NCBI GenBank assembly: GCA_951406725.2 | Contig: OX597814.1 | Coordinates: forward strand, 66,340,001-66,404,000 | Length of the DNA stretch: 64,000 nucleotides | Reading direction: 5' to 3' | Source: Octopus vulgaris | Taxonomy: Eukaryota | Shown here: positions 14,046-26,900 of the stretch, one piece after another | How the letters are laid out: every line of letters starts with the position of its first letter | Numbering within the stretch: the stretch's first letter is position 1 | Notes under the pieces: model-generated | Database searches by the model: none | Seen by the model: only the letters and a program-made list of their open reading frames with translations | Told to the model about the DNA's origin: nothing | Position numbers and translations under genes: made by a program

Positions 14046-14477
14046 ATGGGAACTGGCAGTTCTTTCTTACATTCACCTGATGATGATGATATCATTGGCG
14101 CCGACTGTGATGGTAATAGCCATGGTGTCATTAAAAGGATCCCGATTGAAATGAAACCAAGGGGACGTCTAGGACTTCGAAAACCCAAAGATGAAAGCTT
14201 ACGTTCAATCGACTTAGACAGCCAGGAACTTGAACGCAAAAACAAAGAATTTGAGATGTACCGGCGCAATAAAGAACAGGAGATTGCTAACATGCAGAAG
14301 AAAGAACAAAAGCTAATAAATGAGAACAAGAAATTTCGAGCAGAGTTGTTGGCTCTTCAGAAAACTTGTGCCAAACTACGAGGTGAACGAGATTTGGCAA
14401 CTCAGGCTGAAAGCCAGGCACTTGCAAGAGCTGCTGCCTTTGAAAATGATCGAGATAAGATACAAAGGCAATTCAAA
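14046..14477 (+). CDS. NPHP3: NPHP3 coding exon 1 (exon probably starts at 13927 with 5' UTR)
   Basis: ATG at 14046, MGTGSS...KIQRQFK, donor gtaaga at 14478; upstream acceptor ttccag ends 13926. Confidence 0.95.
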
Positions 14478-17400
14478 GTAAGATAATGATTTTCAAATAT
14501 TATTTTTGTTATTGTCGTAACTTAATTTACGTTAATTGTTTTTCTTTTATCTTCTTATGTTTGTTCTGCACATATCATAACCAGTCAACTTTGCATGCTT
14601 GTACGGGACAGATGAAATGTATTTGTTAAGGTTAACAGCTTTTCCTTTTTCTAGACCTCATCAGTTTTGAAGCAAAATATTTCCTTGTAACCAGATGCTT
14701 TCACCAAAGATTGAAAATAAATGACATTGCTTGTACAATGGTGATGCTTACTTACAACTATTGTAGGTTATGGCTGAGATAGTCTCTCTGCTGTAACTTG
14801 GTTGGTAGGATCATTTTGCACTACTTTATATTTTGTGAGAAATTCTTATTGCTAAATTTTCTCTTTATTCACCTGAAGGAAACAGCGTGTTTCAGACATG
14901 TTCATCAATAAAGAACATGTCTGAAACAGCTATAGTGAACCTCAACCACCTGTGTTATTGTATATTCATACATATACTCATATACATACATACATGCATG
15001 CGTGTATGTATATAAATAATTTGCAATGTACTGCAAGATCTGAAATGGTAATTCGCATATTTATTCTTTACAGATTTAGGTCAATTTAGGCAAATCTTAT
15101 CGCTGTTGTATACATCACAGGAGAAACACTCCACTCTTTCAAAATCACAATGTTTTCATAACATGCTCAGTTAAAGGGTTTTAGGACCCTGGTGTTTCAA
15201 GATATCAGTCAGAAGCACCTGGACTTTTGAGCCTAAACAGGTCCCTAGCTTTGTTTGTAATTTCAGTGAACAAACTGTTTTCTGATCAGTGTTTATATCT
15301 GCCAACCAATAAAACATCACAATTTACACTTTGTACAGTAAGATGTGAAACAATAATTTTCATATTTATTCTTAATATGTTCTAGTAGATCTAAGTACAA
15401 ATATATTAGTTGCTGTTGTGTACATCAGTTTTGTTTTGTGCAATTATAAATATGATATTCAACAAAAGACTAAATTTGAATTCCATTTTTAGTAAAACAA
15501 ATATTTACTTAAGGAAAACACCTAAGCCTTTTATTGAAAATATTTTGGTTGTCTCTAGAGTGGGGCAGCTAGCTTTTAAAAGAAATAGCTGATACAAAAA
15601 TAATCTAGAAAATCATACTTTGTACCTCTTTGCAAATATTACAATTAATGCTAATGGTTCTTTTCATTACTCATCCTCATCATCATCATCTAGCGTCTGC
15701 TCTCCATGCTAGCATGGGTTAGACAGGTTGACTGAAACTGGTAGGTTGGAGGGCTGCACCAGGTTCCAATCTGATTTGGCATGGTTTCTGCAGCTGGATG
15801 CTCTTCCTAACAACAGCTGTCCCAAGACTGTAATGGCTGCTTTTTACATGACACTGGCATCAGCCACAACTACGATTTCACTTGGCTTAATGAGTTTTCT
15901 CAAGCACAGCATATTGCCAAAGGCCTTGGTCACTTATCATTGCCTCTGTGAGGCCCAACATTTGAAGGGTGCCTTTTACATGTCTCCATCACAGGTGCAT
16001 TATGTGACACTGGCATTGAAAATTATTCTTAGCTCACGACATTATGTTAGAGTACACTTTAGGCTCTCCATGCTGGAGGCACCTTTTGTATATTGTCCAA
16101 TATCATATAAGTTTAGTCTGCTAGACTGCTGACCATATGATAAGGATTTGAAGCCTTACTTCAAAATATATCGTATTTCTCTTAGCTATTATATTTTTTT
16201 AACTGTTTAGTCAGAAAGAAAAAACAGTGACCATGGCTATTTGTTGCAAATCTATAGAACTGTAGCGGGGAAGAGAGAAAGTAATTCTCAAACTGGAGAC
16301 CTGGCCCAAATACTTGCAACACAAGATCTGCATTGTAGGCACCCAAAGACAACTTGGTGGTATTAAACCAGGCAAAGGATTCAGTCTATCACATATTAAC
16401 TCAGAAACCAAAAATATAGAACAAATATCACAGTGTTTTGTCTGATACTTTAACAATCCCACCATCTCCCACATTAGACCCTAACAGGCCTTGAACAGTG
16501 AGCAGGAACAAATACCACAAGGTATTTTATCCTTTGTTCTCATGACTGTGCTAACTCTTGCTTCATTCATTTAATTTTATTAAAACCTGGTGACAGTGTC
16601 AGTATGCTAATGAATGAGTAGCAGGAAAGATATTCAGATACAAAAGACATTTGAACCAACTATGTGGAGATAGTCAAATTACAACTGGTTAAGTTTGTAG
16701 AGTGTAAACATTAATAGCACTCTCATGGTACCCTGAGAATAATGTAGATAATGGTTTTAAGTGGATGAGAGATAACTCTGCCTTGAGATAGTATATTGTT
16801 AAGTAAAATGAAATGTTGTCCAAGTGTCTGCAGTATATCTGAATGATATATATATATATATATTATTTCCAATACATCTCAAAACAAACTTGTGATGGCA
16901 GAACACCACCTATGCTCTCAAGGACAAATGTATGTAAAAACAATAAAATGAATTCCTCAAAGAAGTATTTTTAAAACATTGCATCTGTATTTTCATTTGT
17001 CATTTAATTCTTATAAATACCAAAGTTATTGGAAACTAAAACCAATTTATGTTTACAAACCAATTCATAAAGCTCACAAATATTGATAATTTTTGTACAC
17101 TGTGGGAAAGATGTGAATTCTAGCTTTTCCCTTTATGGATAGGGAATGAAATATTTCCTGATATAGCTGATTAAATAGGTTTGAAAATGTAAAAGAAAAA
17201 GATGGAGAAAATAATGGAAGAGAAGGGAGGTGACTGGTTGACAGAAATGCTAGTAGAACTGATGAGAGGAATGGAAAGTAAAGAGTTATACTGAAATTAT
17301 GAGACAATGGCACTGGTCGAGATGCTAATTCATGCAAACCTAGAAAGGAGATTGTTTCAAGCTGTTCTGTCTATTCAATGTAACAGCCAAATCATTCTTA

Positions 17401-20400
17401 AGAAAACCCTTTATGACATTTAGAATAAGAAATATTTGAATTAACTCCTAAAATATATGTTTCTTCCAGATTTTTCGTGAAACAAAAGAAAGTGAAATTC
17501 AGAACCTTCTCAGAGCCAAACGTGAGTTAGAAAGCAAACTTCCAAAACTAAACAGAGATCTTCTGAATGATACCAGTGAAGATGATGATTCTCCAGAATC
17601 TGGTTTGGAGTCTGTTGGTAAATATTTCTTCAGAAATTACATTGGTATTTTTACATCAGGGAAGTATGTAGAAGTAAAAAAAAAAATATTGGATTAAATA
17701 TCTATAGATTAGAACCCCTAATTTGCATGCCACAGTTTACCTAGGTGTATAGAAGTGCCATACCAGGCCATCTGGAGTGTTACCTTAGAAAGAATGCGTG
17801 TTATTTTGTTGTAGCTCCAGATGAGTCCTGGTTAAGTGGATTTATGATCAAAGACATTCCAGCTGTGACCAATTCATTTTTTTAGTCATAATATATCCAG
17901 GACTACATTATCATATGTGTTCTCACTTTTTATAAGAAGGAGGTAGACTGAAATACTATCCAGGCAGAATTTCTCTGAAATTTTTCAGAGTTTTCAGTGG
18001 AACAACCACATCACTATGAATAAATTCTCTTAATTTAAAAACTGAAACCCTCTATTTAAGTTTCTAAAATTTTAAGTCAGTATTTTTTCCACGATAAAGA
18101 GCGTATATTTCTGTGCTAATTGCTTCTAAATAGAATGGTACTTTTGATACATATTACCCAACAACAGCAAAAGCAACAATTCAATGCAAACCATTTCTAA
18201 CTTATTAGGATGTTTAAAAGTGGTGCAAAACTGCTAATTATCTAGATAATTTCTTTAGGTTTGGTACTATCAAGCTACAAAAATAAATTATTAATCCCTC
18301 CTACCATAAAAGTCATCCCATTATTTTTTCCTTTTCTGTTCCTTGCAGGTAGTGCTTATCCTGGAGACTGGTGGACTGCTTTGGAAAGTGAACCTTCACT
18401 TGGTAGCACGTTCCAGTTACATCCAACATTCCGTGGGCCAGAATTAGCCAACTGTGTCATGGAGCTGGAAGGACCATTCACCAATGTTAATAAAGGTCAG
18501 TAGTTGTTTTTTTCACTCCCAGATTCCATCAGCATTAATATCATAATCATCATTGTCACCGTCATCAGTGCAGTGATGATGATCATCATCATTATAGTTG
18601 TTGGTTTTGTTGCTGTTATTTATCTGTTGGTCATCTCAAATCAAACAGGTTTATTATTGAACAGGTTACAGCTGTGACCATCCCAACTTTTTCCAGATAT
18701 GGACTACATTATCTTATGTGTGTTTGAGGCTGATTTTGCAACTATTTCTTGTGGGTCAAGCAAATGCATTGAGGTTCACTGTTTGGCTTGTGTTTTTATT
18801 GATGTAAACTTTTAAGTAGTAGATATATATTGTTGCTCTTGCTGTTGTTGGGTAATGTGTGTCTATACATAGAATATTAAATTGTAACAGATTGGTATAT
18901 CGAAGCAATTTTCTTTCCTTTTGTAAATTATAGTGTCATATAGTATAGTATGTTATGTAGCTTCAGTTTTAATTCCCCTATCTTTTGTTTTCAACTTCTA
19001 ATATTTTTTATAAGTTCTAATGAATATGTCTCTAATTATAGTTGGTTCATTAGCAACACCCAAATATATATTTGTGCCTTCTTTAGAAGCTATCCATTTT
19101 GTCATTTCATATTGTTAATATATATATATAGACACTAACTGGATTAGCTGGTAATACCTGGAAAAGCAGGGGTTATATCCAGTTCCCATTCCTATTACAC
19201 TGTTTCATGTCCTATCCCATTCCTTGTTCAGTCCCCATTTTAGTTCCACTCCCATTCCTATCCCCAATCCTATGTCAGTATATAAAATTTTAGTATCAGT
19301 TAGGTGTAATTGAGCCATTAAATATTTTATCAATCTTTATGGTAATAATTTATTGCTAAAATTAAGCTATTAATACGATTATAGGGTGGATAAGGAATGG
19401 CCTTATATTATAACAAATGAATATGCATCTGAGTAAAATAAATTAGATAAATAGATGGAATTACAAATACATTGACAAACAGTCCACATATTGTGGCTGG
19501 TATTATCATGTGTTGTAGCTTACCATAGCTGATTTGTAAACATGTGCTACAGACCTCCTCCATAGGTGGTCCATTATAGGTTTTTATTGAAATCGAATTC
19601 GCCTATAATTCAACTGGATGTTAGGAACAAATAAATAACAAAATCAGATTTAACGTGGAAAATTATTTCAAAATACTAAATTTTGACATAATTTTAATAT
19701 CTCACAATATGTGACTGCAATAGGGCGGACACTACAAAAGTAGAGAGACAGAGATTTATAGGATGTCTCACACACACACACACACACACAAATTTACAAA
19801 CAGTTAATCACAAGTTTAAAATGGTGTATAGTAGACACATGTATGTATGTGTATGTGTGTGAATGTTTCTTTGTGATGGACAGCAGAAAAAGCCACCTAC
19901 CCTCTCTCTCCTTAAAGCTGTGTATTCCTCATACCTACCTTTCTGTGTGTGTGTTGTATCTATGTATTTACAAAAGTATGTATGCAGCATCACATGTATA
20001 TGACAGCTTTATTAACATTAACATCCCATTGTTACTGCTGTTCTCGCCTTCACTGATATAAGTCACCCTCTCTCTGTTACATTTTTTGCAACCTTCTCTT
20101 TTTATCATATAATTCACCTAACGTCCCAGGGGAACATTATAGATTTTTATTGAAATCCAATTAACCTATTATTGAACTGAATGTTCGTGTCACATGTATG
20201 CAAAGTTTCGTGAATATTGATTTGATGGTTTAGGCACTAAGCTGGTAACAGACAGACAGAAATTGCTATTTATATATATATTTAGATAGTTGTCAGTTGT
20301 GCAACAATACTGTCACTACATAAACATGATTGAGTAATGCATGAAAGTACTAGTTTATTTCAATATTGTAAATTGTAGAATTTAAAAAATTGTAAATAAT

Positions 20401-20410
20401 AAGTGTGAAG

Positions 20411-20454
<44 letters not shown>

Positions 20455-20881
20455 TACATATATATATGTATACATATATATATATATATATATATGTATA
20501 CATATATCATCATCATCATTTAGCGTCCGTTTTCCATGCTAGCATGGGTTGGACGGTTCTACTGGGGTCTGTGAAGCCAGAAGGCTTCATCAGGCCCAGT
20601 CAAATCAGGCAGTGTTTCTACGGCTGGATGCCCTTCCTAACGCCAACCACTCCGTGAGTGTAGTGGGTGCTTTTTACGTGCCACCCGCACTGGTGCCAGA
20701 CAGAGCTGGCAAACGGCCACGAACGGATGGTGCTTTTTATGTGCCACCGGCACGAGGGCCAGGCGAGGCTGGCAACGGACACGAAACGGGGCGGTGCTGG
20801 CAACGGTCGCGAAACGGAAAGTTCTCTTACATGCCACCGGCACTGGTAACACATCTGCAATTTCCATTGATCGATTTCGAT

Positions 20882-20941
<60 letters not shown>

Positions 20942-23900
20942 CTGTAAATGTAACATGTGACAATTATTCGGTAGCCATGATAAAACTCCGAGTTTCAGAT
21001 GCCAAGGTGGAAATCCATGCTGCCATCTCTTCAGTTATCTGGCCATTGGAAAAAATGCTATGAAAATGCTTGGATAGGAAGTTCTTTTTATGGTCTTTGA
21101 TAGTTATAAAGGGCTCTTTTTTGGGAAGCATAGCATTTTCTCTGATGGCCAGATAACTGAAGAGATGGCGGTGTGGATTTCCACCTCGGCATCCGAAACT
21201 CAGAGTTTTATCATGGCTACTGAATAACTGTCACATATTACTTTTACAGATAAATTCCTCTATTTACATAATATCGAGGTCTCTTTCTTTCTTTTGTTGT
21301 CTTACCATTTTTATCAATATATATTATGATTATCATTATTTATTGTCAGTTTTCCATGCTGGCATGGGTTAGACAGTCTGACTGGAACTAGTAAGCCAGG
21401 GAGCTGCACCAGGTCCCAGTCTGTTTTGGCTTGGTTTCCACAGCTGGATGCCCTTCTTAACACCAACCACTCTATAGGGTGCCTTTTATGTGTCACCCGG
21501 AATAAGTACCTTTTACATTTCACCAGCACTGGCGACAACTACAATTTTCTGAAAGTGTAGTTGCTAGAATAAGAACAGGCTGGGCAAAGTTCAGAGAGTT
21601 TAGATTTTTGTTGGTAATTAAGGGACTTTTCCTCAGAATGAAAGGCAGATTGTATGATGCCTGTGTACATACAGCTTTGTTACATGACAGTGAAATGTGG
21701 GCTTTGACTACAGAGGACTTGTGAAGGCTTGAAAGAATTGAAGCTAGCATGCTCCGCTGGATGGATAATGTCAGTGTGCATGCATGATAGAATGTAAATG
21801 ATTTAAGAGGAAAACTGGGTATAAGATGCCTCAGAGTTGGGTGCAAGAGAGAAGACTGCACTGGTTTGGTCATGTGATGCATATGGATATGGACAGCTGC
21901 ATAAAAAAGTACTGAGTTCTAATTGTGGAAGAGGTAGACCCAGGAAGATGTGGGGCAAAGTTGTGAGAAAGGATCTTCGTATGCTGGGCTTTACTGAGGA
22001 ATTGACAAAGGACCAGATGTGGTGATTTGCTGTACTTGATAAGACATGTCAAGCTAAATAAAATCATAGTCTTCCACACATGCAGGCTTGTCCTTTCAGG
22101 TGCTGGTACCTCATAAAAAGCACCTGTGCCAAAGCTGCATAAACGCACCCATGCCGGTAGCACATAAAAAAAACCCAGCACACTCTATAAGTGGTTGGTG
22201 TTAGGAAGGGTATCCAGCTGTAGAAACTGTGCTACAACAGACAATTGGAGTCTGGACAACTCCCTGCTAGCCAGCTCCATGCCAAACCATCTAATCCATG
22301 CTAGCATGGAAAGCAGATATTGATGATGATGACAATGTTTTTACTTTTGTGTTAAAACATTAAAGAAGAATGTTTTCTTGAATGCTATTAGTGTTGTTTT
22401 ATTCATACTGACTGATAATGTGTTAGGTAAAACAAAGGCCAACACAACATTCCATTTCCATTTCAAACTCATTTATTCTTTATTTGATTGTTTTTTTCGT
22501 TTTTTTTTTTTTTTTAATTTACATTTTTTTTTTCTTCATTAGAGGATTGGAGTTTGGCCCTTGGAAAGCTTACACAAATCAGCCCTACAATTCCAGAGCA
22601 TTTAATTGCTAATGTGGTTCGAATTTTTGTGTCCATCTCTAATGATAGTAAGATGGAATTTGATATTTTTCAAAAGGTAAATGTTTCTTATTTTTACTTG
22701 GTTTGGTCATTACCAGACGGAAATAATAATGATCTCTAAATTTCTATAAAACTATAGCAAAGTTATAAAGAATGTCAGACTCAGACATTAAAAATGAAAG
22801 TTCAAAATCCCAATGCTAGGGGCATACATTTATGTATGTATGGATGGATGGATGAATGTGTGCATGCATGCATGTGTTTATGGATGTGTATACATATTTA
22901 TGTATGTATGTACATCTGCATCTCTACATGTACGTATGTATTGATGATGGTGACAGCAGCAATGATGAGCACTCACTCTCTAACACACACATACACACAC
23001 ACACATAAAATTATGCTTCTGTTAGTGATTGATACATTTCTAAAACATAAGATTACAAGTTTCATATCACACAAACCCAAATAAACATGACATGTTGGTA
23101 AATGGTCGAAAACTCCACTGGTTCACTGTCTTACTCTCTAAGCACTTAATAACTAGATATCAAGGTAGGAGCTGGATTAATTGTTAGCATACCAAACAAA
23201 ATGATTAGCAGCATTTCGTCCATCTTTATGTTCTGAGTTCAAATTCTGCCAAGGTTGACTTTGCCTGTCATCCTCTAGGAATTGCTAAAATAAGTACCAG
23301 TTCAGCATTGGGGTTGTTATAATCAGCTTATCCACTACCCCGAAATTGCTGGCCTCATGTTAAAATTCAAAACCAACAACTTTAGATAACCTCACTCATT
23401 TGATTTTACAATATGGGATCTAGAGTTATGAATGAATTAGAAAACATTTGAAGAATCATCACTCACCTAGATGCATATCATTCATTTTCCCCCTTAAATC
23501 CTATTCCTTGAACAAATCCTTATTTTTATTTTATGCTGATAACAACAGGATTGTCTTGACAGAAGTTTTTATTTTGTTCATATTTTTCAAGATGGTTCGA
23601 ATCTTCGATTATTCCAAGATTAAAGACTTTCTCCTATATGCTTGACATTCAAAAGTGTGGGCATGGCTGCGTGGTGAGAAGTTTGCTTCCCAACCCCAAT
23701 TGGTTCCGGGTTCTATTCAACTGTGTGGCACCTTGGGCAAGCGTCTTCTTTTATAGCCTTGAGCCAATCAAAACCTTGGGAGTGGAATCAGTAGATGGAA
23801 ATTCAAAGAAGCCTATATATATATGTGTGTGTGTGTGTCCCCACTGCTGGACAACCAGTGTTGGTGTGTTTACAACTCCACAACTTAGTGGTTTGGCAAA

Positions 23901-26900
23901 AATGATGATAGATTAAAATTCTTCAAGGTGGTGCCCCAGCATGGCCACAGACTGAAACATCAGATTTCTGTCACTTCAACACACAAGTTTTACATTCAGT
24001 ATTATGCTTTCCCTTGGCAGGTCAGATGAGTTTCCAGCATGTGGTATTGCTGGTTGTTTTTCCATTCATGCTAAGTTTAAAATTGCGAGAACAATTTGAG
24101 TATATGGGGGAATATGTCTGAATTTTTTTACATGCTAGCATGCAATTATTATAATAATGTATATCTACCCCATTGAAAATATCTCCAAAAACCATGTAAC
24201 AAATATCAAAGCTGTACTAAATGAGTAGCATGACCTAGGTAAAACTGTATAATTATTTCATATATATATATATATTATCTTTGCAGGATTATGCTCCAAA
24301 GCTTGCCAGTTTATGTCAAGGGGAAGGCCGAACTTTGATTGTTGTTAACATGCATGTAGATGATGATGTGAGCCTATCATCAACGGTTTGTTGCTTTCTC
24401 TTTATTTTTTAACTTTTGGATGATATCTATCTATCCATATATATATATATTTCTCATTTCAACAATATGTTAATTTCTTATAAATCTATAGTATTTATTT
24501 CAATAAGTCTAATCAATTTCATTTGTTCTAATAATTATTTGAAATCCAGATACTAGACTATCAACTGTATAGGTATGAATTTGTATCTTGCTATATTTGT
24601 ATCTTGTTGTTGATTAGCCTTAAGTTGGCCTTGAGTAAACCTCAAATTGCTTTTAGGGCTATGTAGGATTACATAATTAATCTTTGCTTATGACACTAAG
24701 GTATGATCTGAAGAAGATTTGGCTATTATTTCTTGCAGATTAAACTACCACATAAGTTCCCTTGTTTGCTCAATAGTGACTGTATTATGCACATTAGCAA
24801 ACTGAGTTAGATATGTTGATTGTAGGCCCAGTGCGCCCATGGTAGGATATAACTTCTTGGCTTTTCAGCAAGTAGTCCTGTGTCATACAGGCCAGCTGCA
24901 GCATACTCCAAAAATATTCAGTACAGAAAGACAAACTGTAAAATAAAGTATAGAATTCATTGAAAAAAATTAATATAGGTACCCAATTACGTGCACACTA
25001 AAGCTTCTTAAACAGTAAATTTTTATCCTGACAGGTGTTTGAACTTCACTTGCAAGCAATAAAAAGACAAATCCAGATGTCAAACTTGTATTTAGCTTTC
25101 AGAGGGGTTGAGGCTAACAGGTAACATCATATTTACTCTTTCTTTATTTGATGTTTTTTGTAGTTGAAAGTATGAACCTCATAGTCTGTGGACACTTTGT
25201 TAACTTGTAAATTTGCATTCCTTTTAAATTTATGTTAACACAAAATGTAATAGTTTTCTGATTGAAAACTTTGTATTCAAGAAATTAGAGATGGACTCTG
25301 TATGCAGTGAATGGGATAATTCTGTCTGAAGGAGTATTAACCCTTTAGCATTTAAATCAGCCATATTTGACGACCTGAATATTCCACATGTTTTAAGTTC
25401 AAACCAGTCAGATCTGGCCTCACAAACTTACCCTACAATGTCATTCTGGAAGTAAATGATTGCATGATTCAAAATCTTGAAGCTACAAGATAATACATGA
25501 TTAATTCAAAACACTGTGAGTAAATAAGCATAACATTTGATAAAGTAATCTGAATTCTAAAGATTTTAGGAATATTGCCTTTCTGTTAATATTTAGACAG
25601 AAGAGGAAGAGTGGTAGCCATAACATTTTGCTGAGTCTCTGGAACTGATGGTCAGAGATTGAACAAAAAACACTGTTTCATAAGTTGTTATCTGCTGTAA
25701 TGCTTACAAGAAAGTGAACTCTTCTAAAAGTTCTCCAAAACCAGGTTGTTGTGTTAAATTGAGCTATGAATGAAGTTTATCACTCAAGAAGCAGCTTCCA
25801 GAAAGTTTCTGTCTATTCATTGTCACTTACAAGTCCTGGGTTTAGCTGCAGCCATAATACAAAAATCTTGCTGGCCATGGTGTCAAATCAGGAGCAACAT
25901 GATAACATAACAAACTTGTTAATCACTTGTTAAACCATCTGAGTTGAAGAATGGCAGTAGAGAGGATTCTATAAAGTTGTCATGGATCCTCTTAGCAAAT
26001 AGGAATTCTGATGTGAATCTTTTTTTCTTCTTCTTCATGTAATATCTGCTTTCCATGCTTATATTTATCTTGTATTTCTCTACTCCAAATCTTTACCATT
26101 CTTTGCATTCTTCATCTCATTTTATTTCAGGTTTAATAGCTGGGAATACAGCTGGGGACATCTAGATAGCCTTGGTGTGCGACCTGCTGTATTTTGTCTT
26201 CGTGAAAAGTAAGTACGGGTTTTTTTATGCTTTGGTTCCCCTGTCTGTCAATATAATAGGTACCTATAAAACACAGCAAGCTAGCAGAATTGTTTGCATG
26301 CTGATGAAAGTGTCTAAGGCAGTAAGCTGGCAGAATTGTTAGCACACCAGATGAAATGCTTAGCAGCATTTCGTCTATTTTCGCGTTCTGAGTTCAAATT
26401 TTGCTGAGGTTGACTTTGTCTTTCATCCTTTTGGGGGTGATAAAACAAGTACCAATTGAGCACTGGGGTTGGTCTAATCAACTTTCCCCTTCCCCCAAAA
26501 TTGCTGGCCTTGTAACAAAATTTGAAACCAATGTTATAAGTACCTGTTATGTAATGGGTTTGATTCAGTCAGCTTTACTGTTTCTTTTTGTATCTGTGAC
26601 CCTTTGTCAATATGAGAAACCATATTTATAACTGAAAAATTACAAGGGTTGGAGGAGATATAATTGGTAGATGTGCTACTGTACATGTTGAGTCAAGTCA
26701 TATTTGGTACTCAGTTTATATCCTATACATCTATATTGGTCTTAAACTCAAGTGGTTGTGGATTACTGTGGAATGCCACTCAGTATTTAGTTATATTTCT
26801 TTATGTTATAAGTTTTTGCCCTGCAACCGAGGGAAAGAATAAGTAGATATGTTATTGTCTTTGTTACAAAATAGTGAATGAATTACATAATGGCAAATAA

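Noticed and set aside
13904-14329. 141-aa minus-strand ORF
   Set aside because: It is the antisense shadow of NPHP3 exon 1
20670-20850. Regularly spaced GTGCCACCGGCAC repeats resembling a CRISPR array
   Set aside because: They are internal repeats of the RTE 3' UTR in a eukaryotic genome with no cas genes
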